Below, in pieces: positions 27,076 through 36,834 of a stretch of DNA of 64,000 bases. Origin of the DNA: an uncultured Vampirovibrionales bacterium (GTDB taxonomy: Bacteria; Cyanobacteriota; Vampirovibrionia; Vampirovibrionales; Vampirovibrionaceae). The notes below the pieces were generated by a model. It did no database searches, was not told where the DNA came from, and was given only the letters and a program-made list of their open reading frames with translations. The stretch covers positions 1,057 to 65,056 of the forward strand of contig CAYMIG010000004.1 in the NCBI GenBank assembly GCA_964390635.1. Direction: 5' to 3'. The position numbers were made by a program, and so were the translations under genes. Numbering within the stretch: position 1 is the first letter of the stretch; every line of letters starts with the position of its first letter.

Positions 27076-27117
27076 AGTATAGGGAGCACAGGGATCGGGG
27101 AATATGCGAAATCGCAA
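27076..27117 (-). promoter_or_regulatory. Probable class II activator-dependent promoter of the cco/bc operon with an FNR/CRP-family box
   Basis: Minus strand has -10 TATACT (27076-27081) and the palindrome TTGCG-ATTT-CGCAT (27104-27117), centred at about -41.5. Confidence 0.6.
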
Positions 27118-27150
27118 TTGCTGCTGTGCTCTCTGTGGAAACCCACCATG

Positions 27151-27178
27151 GCAACAATTCCCCTGGATCGGTTTTCAT
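27151..27178 (+). promoter_or_regulatory. Bipartite motif GCAAC-N15-GTTTTCAT, shared with the upstream regions of two other orphan genes
   Basis: Same blocks and spacing as the elements at 56906-56940 and 57467-57501. Confidence 0.5.
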
Positions 27179-27217
27179 CGAATAGCGATGTGATTTTCCC
27201 GATCAGGAGACCCTGCC

Positions 27218-27835
27218 ATGCCCAGCGTCACTTCCCTGCCCGCCTATACCCCGGCCTCCCGCTTTGCCGGAACCCCCACCGCCCGCTTGTCGGTGCGGTT
27301 CGGCGACAACTCGCCGGACAACCCCCAGGCCGAAGCCCACAAGAGCAACAAGCCAGGCAACGGGCTGATTGACACCCTGCGCCAGGCCCTGTCCCAGCAG
27401 GGCATTGTGCGGGGGCTCAAGGACTTTACCGGTACCTTTGGCAGCCTGCTGGCCTGGAACAAGGTACTGGACGAAGCAGACAGCCAAAGCAGCTTTGCAT
27501 CCCGCTTCCTGGCCGTCTTTGACATTGCCAGCGCCCGCTTCCGGGAGGCCCTGCTGGCCAAGGGCCCTGAGGAGCCCGCCGGGGCGGACAAGGTCAACTA
27601 CATCCTGTATGGCAACGTGTTGGCCCGCTTCCCCCGCTTGTTGCTGATGGCGGGCAAAGCCCCGGTAGATATCGCCGAAAGAACCCTGTCTGCCTGCCCA
27701 GACCCGGAGGTGCTTCAAGAAAAACTGGCGTCCATCCGCTCTGCATACACCCCAGAAAGCCAGGTGTCCCTGGATGAACTGAAAGCCCAGGTTTGGGATG
27801 CCTTGAAAGCCGCCGCCGGCAAACCGGAGAGCTAG
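27218..27835 (+). CDS. Hypothetical protein with a low-complexity N-terminus containing RFAG/RFG motifs
   Basis: AGGAG RBS; MPSVTSLPAYTPASRFAGTPTARLSVRFG; helical remainder. Confidence 0.75.
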   Translation: MPSVTSLPAYTPASRFAGTPTARLSVRFGDNSPDNPQAEAHKSNKPGNGLIDTLRQALSQQGIVRGLKDFTGTFGSLLAWNKVLDEADSQSSFASRFLAVFDIASARFREALLAKGPEEPAGADKVNYILYGNVLARFPRLLLMAGKAPVDIAERTLSACPDPEVLQEKLASIRSAYTPESQVSLDELKAQVWDALKAAAGKPES

Positions 27836-27872
27836 CGCGCCCGCCCCGGGGCGAATGGGCTATAATGGCCCT

Positions 27873-28913
27873 ATGAGCCAGAATAGCCCGTTGCTGAGCA
27901 TCCACAACCTGAGCGTGGCCTTTCCGACCGTAGAAGGGCCCGCCTATGCCATCAACCACCTGTCCCTGGACATGCAGCCCGCCGAAGTGCTGGGCCTGGT
28001 AGGGGAATCGGGTTGCGGGAAAAGCATGACCTCCCTGGCCATCCTGCGGCTGGTGCCCCAGCCAGGACACATCGCCAGCGGGCAGATTACCTTCCAGGGG
28101 CAGAACCTGCTAGCGCTTTCCCCGGAAGCCATGCGCCAGATCCGGGGGGCCCGCATCGCCCTGATTCCCCAGGATCCCCTCACTTCCCTCAACCCGGTGT
28201 ACACGGTGGGCGATCAGATTATGGAAGTGCTTACCCTGCACCAGGCGCTGGGGGAGGCGGAGGCCCGCCGGCGCACCATTGAACTGCTGGATTTGGTGCG
28301 CATTCCCAATGCCCGGGAGCGGATTCAGGATTATCCCCACCAGTTTTCAGGTGGCATGCGCCAGCGGGTGATGATTGCCATGGCGCTCAGCTGCACCCCG
28401 GCCCTGCTGATTGCCGATGAGCCCACCACGGCGTTGGATGTGACCGTGCAGGCCCAGATCCTGGACCTGCTGCGGGAAATCCGCAAGGAACACGGCACCG
28501 CCATCCTGCTCATCACCCACGACCTGGGGGTGGTGGCGGAGATTTGTGACCACGTGGCGGTCATGTACGCCGGACGCGTGGTGGAAAAGGCCTCGGTAGG
28601 GGATTTATTCCGCGAGCCCCGCCATCCATATACATGGGGGTTACTCAACTCGCTTCCCACCCTGGAAAAACGCAGCGACGGCGCCACCCTTCGCCGCCGG
28701 CTGCAACCCATCGAGGGACAGCCCCCGGCCCTCACCGCCATGCCCTCGGGTTGCCCGTTCCATCCCCGCTGTAGCAAGCGCATGGATGTCTGCGCTAGCG
28801 AATTTCCCCTGACGGATTGCCTGGATGGCCATGCGGTGTGCTGCTACCTTTACCCGGGCAGCTTCCATCCGCATCAGAGCCAAAGCCCGCCGGAAGCAAG
28901 TCGGCCATCGTGA
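27873..28913 (+). CDS. Oligopeptide/dipeptide ABC transporter ATP-binding protein (OppD/DppD family)
   Basis: [42 protein letters not shown]. Confidence 0.95.
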   Translation: MSQNSPLLSIHNLSVAFPTVEGPAYAINHLSLDMQPAEVLGLVGESGCGKSMTSLAILRLVPQPGHIASGQITFQGQNLLALSPEAMRQIRGARIALIPQDPLTSLNPVYTVGDQIMEVLTLHQALGEAEARRRTIELLDLVRIPNARERIQDYPHQFSGGMRQRVMIAMALSCTPALLIADEPTTALDVTVQAQILDLLREIRKEHGTAILLITHDLGVVAEICDHVAVMYAGRVVEKASVGDLFREPRHPYTWGLLNSLPTLEKRSDGATLRRRLQPIEGQPPALTAMPSGCPFHPRCSKRMDVCASEFPLTDCLDGHAVCCYLYPGSFHPHQSQSPPEASRPS

Positions 28914-29286
28914 GCAGACGGGGCGCCCCGCTGCCGGCATCGGCCAGCACCACGGCGGCCTGAGGATCCATGAACTCGAAGAGCACCTGGCGACAGGCCC
29001 CGCAGGGCGTCACCGCCCCATGGGGACGCCGGCTGGCGAATACGGCCACGGCCCGGAAACGGCGATGCCCCTGGGCAACCGCGGCGCAAACCGCGGTGCG
29101 CTCGGCGCAGACGGTCAGGCCATAGCTCGCGTTTTCCACGTTGACCCCGGTAATCACCTGCCCGGAATCGGTTAGCAGGGCCGCTCCCACCGGAAAATCG
29201 CTGTAGGGGGCGTAGGCCGCCTGGGTTGCCTGGCGGGCCGCCTCCAGCAGGCGGGCGGCGGTTGGGGCATCCAGCGGCAAAGGCAT
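28795..29286 (-). CDS. cdd: Cytidine deaminase
   Basis: [34 protein letters not shown]. Confidence 0.95.
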   Translation of the reverse strand: MPLPLDAPTAARLLEAARQATQAAYAPYSDFPVGAALLTDSGQVITGVNVENASYGLTVCAERTAVCAAVAQGHRRFRAVAVFASRRPHGAVTPCGACRQVLFEFMDPQAAVVLADAGSGAPRLLTMADLLPAGFGSDADGSCPGKGSSTPHGHPGNPSGEIR

Positions 29287-29299
29287 GGGAGGGGCCGCC

Positions 29300-30565
29300 T
29301 CAGGACAGATGCCGTTGCAGATAAGTGACAGCCCGGTTCAGCTGGGGATCCCGGCGGGCCCGCACGTCGGCCTCGGTAAAGCGCACCTCGATGTCGGGGC
29401 GGATGCCCTTTTTGTTGATGTCCGTGCCCTTGGGGGTCAGGTACTTGGAGATAGTAATGTTCATGCCGGTGCCGTGGGACAGGTTGTTGATCTTCTGCAC
29501 CAGGCCCTTGCCGAAGGACTGGGTGCCTATCAGGGTAGCCCGGTGATTGTCTTGCAGGGCGCCTCCCAGAATTTCGCTGGCGCTGGCGCTGCCCCCGTCA
29601 ATCAGCACCACCATGGGCTTGCTAAACAGGCTGCCCGGGCGGGCAGGGTAGTCTTTCTTGGCATGCTGGCGGTTCACCACCGAGACGATGTTGCCAGCCT
29701 CCAGGAACATGTCGGCGACTTCCACCGAGTTGGTGAAGAGCCCCCCGTAATTGCCCCGCAAATCGATGATAAGGGCCTGCTTATTTTTCATGCGGGGCAT
29801 GATGTCGTACATCTCATACAGCATGGAATCGCTGATAAAGGAGCTAATGCGCACATAACCAATGCGCTTGTCATCCAGCTCCTTGGTAAAGACGGACTTG
29901 ATCTTGATTTCGGCCCGGCGCAGGGCTTTTTCAAACTCGCGTTCCCCCCGGCGCACGGTCAGCACCACGGTGCTGTCCTTGGGCCCCCGGATACGGTCGG
30001 CGGCTTCCTCCACGGAAATGCCCGCCGTCTCATGCCCGTCGATGCGCAGGATCTGATCCTTGGGCTGCAGGCCGGCGGCCTGGGCGGGGGTATCCTCCAG
30101 CACCGACATAACCACCAGCTTGTTGTCCCGCACGGAAATCTGGATGCCCACCCCAAACAGGCGGGAATCGATGCTCATGGTCTGGTCATTCATGTCCCGG
30201 GGGGGCAAAAAGCGGGTATACTCGTCGTTCAGGCTGGCCACCATGGTGCCGATGGCCACGTAGGCGTCATCGTAGTCCTGGATGCGCTCCCGGAAGCGGT
30301 TGCGCCAGCGCACCCAATCCTGGCCGTTGAAGGTGGGATCCACGTACTCATCGCGCACCGTGATCCAGGCCTCATCGTAAAGCGCCAGGGCCTTGGCCTT
30401 TTCACCCAGTTTCCCCGGTTCGGCGGAGGAGGATGGCAGCTGGCTGCAGGCGCTCAACAGCACCAGCCCGGCGGTCATGCACACGGCCAACATCATGGAC
30501 AGGGCCTTCCGGCCCGTTGAGCCGGGGCCCGCCGTCAGGCAGGCTGGAAATCGCAAGGGTCTCAT
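29300..30565 (-). CDS. Carboxyl-terminal processing protease (S41, PDZ), probable lipoprotein
   Basis: LLSAC lipobox, GVGIQI, DLRGNYGG, SASASEI, SFGKG. Confidence 0.92.
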   Translation of the reverse strand: MRPLRFPACLTAGPGSTGRKALSMMLAVCMTAGLVLLSACSQLPSSSAEPGKLGEKAKALALYDEAWITVRDEYVDPTFNGQDWVRWRNRFRERIQDYDDAYVAIGTMVASLNDEYTRFLPPRDMNDQTMSIDSRLFGVGIQISVRDNKLVVMSVLEDTPAQAAGLQPKDQILRIDGHETAGISVEEAADRIRGPKDSTVVLTVRRGEREFEKALRRAEIKIKSVFTKELDDKRIGYVRISSFISDSMLYEMYDIMPRMKNKQALIIDLRGNYGGLFTNSVEVADMFLEAGNIVSVVNRQHAKKDYPARPGSLFSKPMVVLIDGGSASASEILGGALQDNHRATLIGTQSFGKGLVQKINNLSHGTGMNITISKYLTPKGTDINKKGIRPDIEVRFTEADVRARRDPQLNRAVTYLQRHLS

Positions 30566-30590
30566 GGGGAACCGACGGATCCGGGCAGGG

Positions 30591-31418
30591 TTAGGACAAG
30601 TCGTCCGGCATCTTGTTGCCGGAGGTGTTGGAGAGAATGAACAGGTCGATAATCTCGGACAGCTCGTTGGCCTTGCCCTGGTAGTACTTGATGTCGGTTT
30701 CCAGCTTGCGGATGACCGTCTTGTACTCCTCGATCTTCTTGATGTTGGCCCGCACGGCATCCAGCATCTCGCTTTGGGCAGACTGGGCCTCCGACAGCAC
30801 GTCCTCCATGGAAATGCCCATGGCCTCCATGGTCAGCCGGATGATCTGTGCCCCGGTCTGCTTGGTCACGCCTTCGGGCAGCTCGTTAACCAGGCGGATG
30901 AGGGTTTTCACGTTGCCGCTGAACTCGGTGTCCACTTCCTGGCTCAAGGTTTCCGGCTGGAAATGGGCCGGGGGGGCCAGGGACGGGGCCCGGTCAAAGC
31001 CGGTTTCGGCGCCATAGGACACGGTATCCTCGTCCCCGAACGACAGGGGGGCTTTCGATAAATCTTTGTAACCTGACAAGTCAGCCATGCTTCCTCCCGA
31101 AATAACACTTTCCAATTGCTTATGACGATTGTTGACAACAGAAATCCGGTTTGGCAGGGACGAATCCCCGGGGGGATCAAAATCCGCCGGCTGGGCATGC
31201 GCACCGGCCAACGATAGTGTACCACCAAAATCCGAATTTTCATCCACCCCTTCGGGCAAAAGGGGCGGGGACTCCTCCGTCATGACGGTTGACGAGGCCA
31301 CATCCGGCTCGCCCGGGGCGCTTTCCGGCACATCCGACTTCAAGGCCTCCAGCAGCTTTTGTCGCAAACTGGGGGAAGCGTCCTGGGGATGGGTTTCAGG
31401 TATCCCGGAATCGGTCAT
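30591..31418 (-). CDS. Hypothetical acidic coiled-coil protein
   Basis: Disordered N-terminus and C-terminal heptad region; an alternative start at 31088 has a GGAGG RBS. Confidence 0.7.
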   Translation of the reverse strand: MTDSGIPETHPQDASPSLRQKLLEALKSDVPESAPGEPDVASSTVMTEESPPLLPEGVDENSDFGGTLSLAGAHAQPADFDPPGDSSLPNRISVVNNRHKQLESVISGGSMADLSGYKDLSKAPLSFGDEDTVSYGAETGFDRAPSLAPPAHFQPETLSQEVDTEFSGNVKTLIRLVNELPEGVTKQTGAQIIRLTMEAMGISMEDVLSEAQSAQSEMLDAVRANIKKIEEYKTVIRKLETDIKYYQGKANELSEIIDLFILSNTSGNKMPDDLS

Positions 31419-31538
31419 ACAAGTCCTGCACTCTCACGTTTGCCCCCATCTTACCACATTCCGCCCCCGCCCGATCCCGGCGGGCAGCCTTGGGGGCCCT
31501 GCGCCCAAAGCGGCCAAAACCTGTTAGAATAGCCTGGT

Positions 31539-32732
31539 ATGAACAGCGCGGCATTGAAAATCATTACCGGCGCCACCTTGATTCTGCCGCACGGCCAGCA
31601 GCGGGAAGGCACCGTTTTGGTCGAGGGGAACCGGATCCGGGCCATCACAGCCGATCCGCCGGGCGCCCTGCTGTTGCAGGAAAACGTGGAGGTCATCTCC
31701 GGGGAAGGCTGCTACCTGACCCCCGGGCTGATGGAGCTGCATTTCAACGGGGCCTTCGGCTGCAACCTGAACCAAACCGGCATTGCCGACGTGCAGAACC
31801 TGCTGAAAAAGCTGCCCACCTACGGTATCACCTCGGCCCTGTTTACGGTGATTACCGGCCCGCTGACCGATATGCTCTCGGCCATCCACACCATCGATGA
31901 GGTCATCCACCACAAGACCGCCGGTACCTGCCGGCCCCTGGGCTTGCACATTGAAGGCCCCTTCCTGAACCCCCTGTACCGGGGCACCCATCCCCCCGGC
32001 GATATCCTGAAGCCGGACATGGACACCCTGAAGCTGCTGATGTCCCCCAACCTGAAGCTGCTCACCATGGCCCCGGAGCTGGACGAGGACGGACGGTTCA
32101 TCCAATACCTGGCCACGCAAGGGGTGCGGGTTTCGCTGGGGCACAGCAACGCCACGCTGGCCGAGGCCCGCCGGGCCGTGGACAACGGGGCCAGCAGCGT
32201 GACCCACATTTACAACGCCATGCGCCCCTTCCACCACCGGGAGCCCGGCCTCATCGGGGCCGCCTTCTGCGAGGATCGCCTGTACGTGCAGATAATTGGC
32301 GACGGGGCCCACGTGCATCCCGAGGCGGTGCGCATGGTGCTGCGGGCCAAGCGCCCCGTGCATGTGCTGCTAACCAGCGACGCCAGCCCGGCGGTGGGCA
32401 TGGCCGAGGGCACCCGGGTGCGTTTTTCCAACCAGGAGGTGGTCATCCAGGGCAACCGGGCGGTGAATCAGGAAGGCGGGCTGGCCGGCAGCACGGAACT
32501 CATCAGCGACTGCGTGCGCAACCTGGTGCACTGGAACCTGCTGAACTTTGCCGATGCGGTGCAACTGGCCACCATGAACGTGGCCAACTTCCTGAACCAC
32601 CCCGAGCTGGGGCGCATTGAAGCCGGGGCCTTGGCCGACATGGTGCTGTGGGACAAGCAGACGCTCGCCGTGGAAGCCACCTTCATTAACGGCCAACAGG
32701 TTTTTCGGCGCACCCCGGTGCAGGCCGCCTAA
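31539..32732 (+). CDS. nagA: N-acetylglucosamine-6-phosphate deacetylase
   Basis: GLHIEGPF, TMAPE, GHSNA, THIYNAM, HREPG, LAGS. Confidence 0.92.
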   Translation: MNSAALKIITGATLILPHGQQREGTVLVEGNRIRAITADPPGALLLQENVEVISGEGCYLTPGLMELHFNGAFGCNLNQTGIADVQNLLKKLPTYGITSALFTVITGPLTDMLSAIHTIDEVIHHKTAGTCRPLGLHIEGPFLNPLYRGTHPPGDILKPDMDTLKLLMSPNLKLLTMAPELDEDGRFIQYLATQGVRVSLGHSNATLAEARRAVDNGASSVTHIYNAMRPFHHREPGLIGAAFCEDRLYVQIIGDGAHVHPEAVRMVLRAKRPVHVLLTSDASPAVGMAEGTRVRFSNQEVVIQGNRAVNQEGGLAGSTELISDCVRNLVHWNLLNFADAVQLATMNVANFLNHPELGRIEAGALADMVLWDKQTLAVEATFINGQQVFRRTPVQAA

Positions 32733-33409
32733 CCCCCAAAGCGGATCCCCGCGGAAACGGCCATGCGGGCCTGGGCCGCCTTGACCCGCAGGCAGGACGG
32801 ACATTGCCCACACTGGATATCGCCCCCCTCATAACAGCTCCAGATGAGGGCCAGGGGCACCCCCAGGGCCAGGGCCCGGCGGATAATGGCTTCCTTATCC
32901 AGCTGGGCAACCGGGGCCAGCACCTGCACACGGTTCAGGGTGGAATAGGCCAGGGCCTCGTTCAGGCGATCGCGATAAGCCTCGGTATTGTCCGGAAACG
33001 CGGCCCCCTCCTCGGCATTGGCCCCGAACACCACATGAGCCGCCCCATGGGCCTCCGCCACCGCCGCGGCAATATTGAGGAAAACCCCGTTGCGGTTGGG
33101 CACCCACACCCGCTCCACCGCCATCCAATCCGCCGAGCCGGGATCCGCCGAAGGCGGGGCCAGCCGGTTCAAGGCCGCCGGCAGCAGGGCGGACAGCCAG
33201 GGGAGTTCGATGGCCCGGTGGGGCACCCCATAATGCTCCGCCAGCAGGCGGGCCGACTGGATTTCCCGCAAGGCGGCCCGCTGGCCGTAATCGAAGGTCA
33301 GGGTCTGGGCCACGCAAAATCCGCCTGCCAGCACCTCCGCCATGGCCACGGTGGAATCCAGGCCCCCGGAGAGCAGGACGATGGCAGCTTGGGAGGAAGG
33401 GGTCGACAT
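32729..33409 (-). CDS. queC: 7-cyano-7-deazaguanine synthase (QueC family)
   Basis: LLSGGLDS, FDYGQR, VPNRN, WSCY...CGQCPSC. Confidence 0.85.
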   Translation of the reverse strand: MSTPSSQAAIVLLSGGLDSTVAMAEVLAGGFCVAQTLTFDYGQRAALREIQSARLLAEHYGVPHRAIELPWLSALLPAALNRLAPPSADPGSADWMAVERVWVPNRNGVFLNIAAAVAEAHGAAHVVFGANAEEGAAFPDNTEAYRDRLNEALAYSTLNRVQVLAPVAQLDKEAIIRRALALGVPLALIWSCYEGGDIQCGQCPSCLRVKAAQARMAVSAGIRFGG

Positions 33410-33481
33410 GGGGGTTAGGCTCCTTAATTCCCCCAGCATAACACCATGGCCGTCCGGGCCCAAGGGGGATCGGGGCAGGAA

Positions 33482-34489
33482 TCAGGGAATGTAGGATTCC
33501 AGCTCTTCCTTGATGAAAAGCGGCAGGTTGTCATGGGTCAGCAGCTCCCGGATGGCCGGCTCCCCGCCCAGCTGGTACACCGCGTACACCGCCGCCTTGG
33601 CCACGTCGTCGTCCTCATCGAAGACCCGCTTGCTAAGGGTTTCCAGGGCCTCCTCGTCCCCCAGGGCGCCCAGGGCCTCCACCGCGGCCAGCCGGATGGA
33701 GGGGGCGTCATCGTAGAGGGCCCGCACCAGGGTATCGGTCGCCTTGCGATCCGGGTTGCCGATGCGCCCAATGGCTTCGATAATCTGCTCTTTCAGGAAA
33801 TTAAACTTGTCCCGGATTCCCCGCCGGGCCTCAAAGGCTTCGATCAGGGGCTCGATGGCCCGGATATCCCCCAGCATGCCCAGGGCCTTGGCCGCCGACT
33901 CCTTCAGGTACACCGATTTTTCCCGCTCGTCGGACAGGATGTCGATGAGGGGCTTGACGGCGTGATCGTCCCCCAGCTTGCCCAGGGATTCCGCCGCGGC
34001 CAGGCGCAGCCGGTAATTTTCGTTCTTGTCGTTCAGAATGCTCATCAAGGGGATGATGGCCCGGCTGTCCCCAATCTTGCCCAGGGCCGAGGCCGCCGCG
34101 CAACGCAGGCGCAGACTTTCGTCCCCGTGCTTGAAGTCCGGGGAATCGGGCTGCTCGAACAAATCGACGTGGGTGGCCAGCAGCACGTCGATGATCACCG
34201 GGGTGCCCCCGTCGTTACGAATGCGGCTGAGCACGCTGATACAGTGGGTGACCAGCCGGATGTCCCGGTCATGCTGCACGCAGGCCACCAGCGCCGCCAC
34301 CGCCTCGGCGGCCAAAGGGTGGTTGCCGTCCCGGGCCAGCGAATCGCCCAGTACGGAAATGGCGCGCAGGCGCCGATCCTGCGGCTCGGTTTCCCGGCTC
34401 CCGATCAGAACCACCAGTTCGCTGATGTTTTCCGGTATGGCATCCATCTGGGTAAATTCATACGGTCTCTTATCAGACCAATTTACCAT
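33482..34489 (-). CDS. HEAT-repeat (PBS lyase-like) protein
   Basis: Repeated R..AA.ALG.LGD..AI.PL units; start placed at ATG 34489. Confidence 0.9.
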   Translation of the reverse strand: MVNWSDKRPYEFTQMDAIPENISELVVLIGSRETEPQDRRLRAISVLGDSLARDGNHPLAAEAVAALVACVQHDRDIRLVTHCISVLSRIRNDGGTPVIIDVLLATHVDLFEQPDSPDFKHGDESLRLRCAAASALGKIGDSRAIIPLMSILNDKNENYRLRLAAAESLGKLGDDHAVKPLIDILSDEREKSVYLKESAAKALGMLGDIRAIEPLIEAFEARRGIRDKFNFLKEQIIEAIGRIGNPDRKATDTLVRALYDDAPSIRLAAVEALGALGDEEALETLSKRVFDEDDDVAKAAVYAVYQLGGEPAIRELLTHDNLPLFIKEELESYIP

Positions 34490-34936
34490 CTTCTCAACAG
34501 ACAATTGCGTTTTCCCCCCACAAAAATCACCACCGGGTATGCTGGACTCCTCAGGTCTGGCGGCTTTACCCTTGGGTTGCGGACGCCATGCGGATTTGGA
34601 CAGCCCGCCTGTGAATTGATCCGATTGTAACAAAAACAAAACAGACAAAAAGATGCGCTGTAAAGAAATGTGTGCAAAAAGCGAGGCAAGCCCTTGCCCA
34701 TTTTTCAAAACCAGCCCCGCCACCCGCCGGTTTTTCAACTGGCTGCTCATATTTGAAAGCGGGCAGAACAATTATAAAGTTTTGTAAAAACCGCCCAAAG
34801 CATGATCCCATGAGGCTTTGCCTACCAGGGCAAGCCCCCCATGAATTAAATTTTGTAAAAATCAACTTGCCTTTGCCTATAATGACGGGAAACGTGGAAG
34901 GTTCCGTTAATTTGTGGGACGGATAGAGGAGTTAGC

Positions 34937-35164
34937 GTGAGTACGATTGACCCATTCGAGAGCGACAGCATTGTCGTGGGCACATTCAAGCGCTGGAGCG
35001 CTTCGGCGGTGGAGTGTTACACCCGCAAGGCCAAGTGCGAAGGCTGCTATTACCAGAGTTTCTTTGCGGAGCGGCCTTACAGCTGCAAAATGAACCTGGC
35101 CGTGGAGCAACTGCTGGAAACCATCGGCGAGCCCAGCAGCAGCCTGGTTTCCAAGTTCTCCTGA
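34937..35164 (+). CDS. 75-aa protein with four Cys (C-x6-C-x2-C-x12-C), possible metal binder
   Basis: GAGGAG RBS, GTG start, TATAAT at 34878-34883. Confidence 0.75.
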   Translation: MSTIDPFESDSIVVGTFKRWSASAVECYTRKAKCEGCYYQSFFAERPYSCKMNLAVEQLLETIGEPSSSLVSKFS

Positions 35165-35257
35165 CATCACCCGGGGCCACCCTTGCATCCGCCCGGCGCA
35201 TGGGGGACAATCAGGGCTGTCCAAAAACCCACCCCCCGAGCCCGGAAAGGAGCCCCC

Positions 35258-35746
35258 ATGCCCGTGTCCTTGCCTGTCATGCCCGTTGTCTTTGCCCTGC
35301 TGTTGCTGTTGCCGGTGCGGCTGTCACCCCGCCAGCTGAAAGCCCTGGCCTTTTTCCTGTGGCTGACCGGGGGATTCATCCTGGCCGGCCGGGGCATCAC
35401 CTGGTTGCTGGGCGCTCATCCCGCCACCGGGCTGCTTGCGGGCTGTCTCATCGGGGCTCTGGCGGTGGGGTTTGGCAAGGGTCGCTTCGTGCTGTCCAAA
35501 ACCTCGCGCCGCAACATCGAGCGCCTGGACGCCATGCAGGCCGCCCACCCGCCCATCCGGGTGTACAGCGCCCGCAGCTGGGCCATCATCGCAGTGATGG
35601 TGGCCATCAGCGTGGGACTGAACCTGGCCCAGGTGGATCCGCTGTGGCGGGGCACCATCAACCTGGCCATCGGCATGGCCCTGATCATCAGCAGCCTGGC
35701 CTACCTGAAGGCCCTGCGCCCCGGCTTGCCGGCAGCCAACGCCTAG
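35258..35746 (+). CDS. Hypothetical membrane protein
   Basis: AAGGAG RBS; several TM segments. Confidence 0.75.
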   Translation: MPVSLPVMPVVFALLLLLPVRLSPRQLKALAFFLWLTGGFILAGRGITWLLGAHPATGLLAGCLIGALAVGFGKGRFVLSKTSRRNIERLDAMQAAHPPIRVYSARSWAIIAVMVAISVGLNLAQVDPLWRGTINLAIGMALIISSLAYLKALRPGLPAANA

Positions 35747-35760
35747 AACCGGCACCGTTC

Positions 35761-36111
35761 TTAGCCTTTCAGGAAGCGCGGGGTGTGCTTGGGATCGAAG
35801 CCCAGGCTGGCTTGCCCGTCCGGTTTGACGATGACCGGGCGCTTGATGAGGTTGGGATCCGCCAGCATCCAGTCAATCACGGTCTGCTTGGCCGGGATTT
35901 TCTCCCCCAGCCCCTTGTCTTTATAAGCCTTGCTGCGGGTATTCAGGGCCGCCTTGATGTTCTCCGCATCCACCAGCGATTCCAGCAGGGCCCGGGACGG
36001 CGGGGTCTGCTCGATGGGGATTTCCTCAAAGGCCAGCCCCGCCTCCTCCAGGTAGGCTTTGGCCTTCTGGCAGGTAATGCATGTTTTCTTGCCGTAGAAC
36101 TTCAGGGTCAT
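35761..36111 (-). CDS. ArsC/Spx-family thioredoxin-fold protein
   Basis: CITCQKA and PNLIKRP motifs. Confidence 0.9.
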   Translation of the reverse strand: MTLKFYGKKTCITCQKAKAYLEEAGLAFEEIPIEQTPPSRALLESLVDAENIKAALNTRSKAYKDKGLGEKIPAKQTVIDWMLADPNLIKRPVIVKPDGQASLGFDPKHTPRFLKG

Positions 36112-36141
36112 CGCACACCTCTTACGCTGTCATTCAGGGAA

Positions 36142-36831
36142 TTACAAGGGTTTTACCCCGCCCACCAGCAGGGAGCCAATGCGGGTGCGGAAGTCGATGA
36201 CATCCGCCGCCGTCTCATAGCCCCACCCGGGACGAAAGGTGGCCGCATCCACCGGTTCGGGATGCAGCAGCCGGTCACTGAACACCCCGGTCAAGCCCAC
36301 TGCCTGTAGCAGCTCGCGGTAGCGGGCCTCGGGCAAGTAGTGCATGGGCAGGTCAATCAACTCCGCCCAGCAACGGGAGTAGGGGTTTTCCTGGTAAAAA
36401 TCCAGCATGACCCACAGGGATCCCCCCGGCTTCAGCACCCGCACCCACTCGGCCAGGGCGGCCCGGGGATCCGGCAGGTAATAGATGGCCTCCACCGAAA
36501 GCAGGCGGTCGAAAACCCCGTCGTCATAGGGCAGCACATCCGCCGGGGCCACCCGGTAACTGATCTGGGGCGGGTTGGTTTCGGCAATGGCCCGGGCAAT
36601 CATGGCCGGGGAGACATCCACCCCCCGCGCCTGGCCGGCCTCGCCCACCCGGGCCGCCATGGCCCGCACCGCGTACCCGTTGCCGCAACCCACGTCCAGG
36701 CAGGACAGCCCCGGGCCCAGCGCCATGCGATCCAGAATCTGGGACACCAGGGGCCAATGCCCCCGGGCCATGGCTTCCCCCCGCCCGGCCTCGGCCCAGC
36801 GGTCAAACAGCACGGCAGCCTGGCAAGTCAT
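36142..36831 (-). CDS. Class I SAM-dependent methyltransferase
   Basis: LDVGCGNG, GVDVSPAM, RVLKPGG. Confidence 0.9.
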   Translation of the reverse strand: MTCQAAVLFDRWAEAGRGEAMARGHWPLVSQILDRMALGPGLSCLDVGCGNGYAVRAMAARVGEAGQARGVDVSPAMIARAIAETNPPQISYRVAPADVLPYDDGVFDRLLSVEAIYYLPDPRAALAEWVRVLKPGGSLWVMLDFYQENPYSRCWAELIDLPMHYLPEARYRELLQAVGLTGVFSDRLLHPEPVDAATFRPGWGYETAADVIDFRTRIGSLLVGGVKPL

Positions 36832-36834
36832 GGC

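Noticed and set aside
34510-34620. Possible riboswitch or ncRNA upstream of the HEAT-repeat gene
   Set aside because: It is GC-rich, but I could not match it to c-di-GMP, cobalamin, SRP or 6S consensus features; an Infernal/Rfam search is needed.
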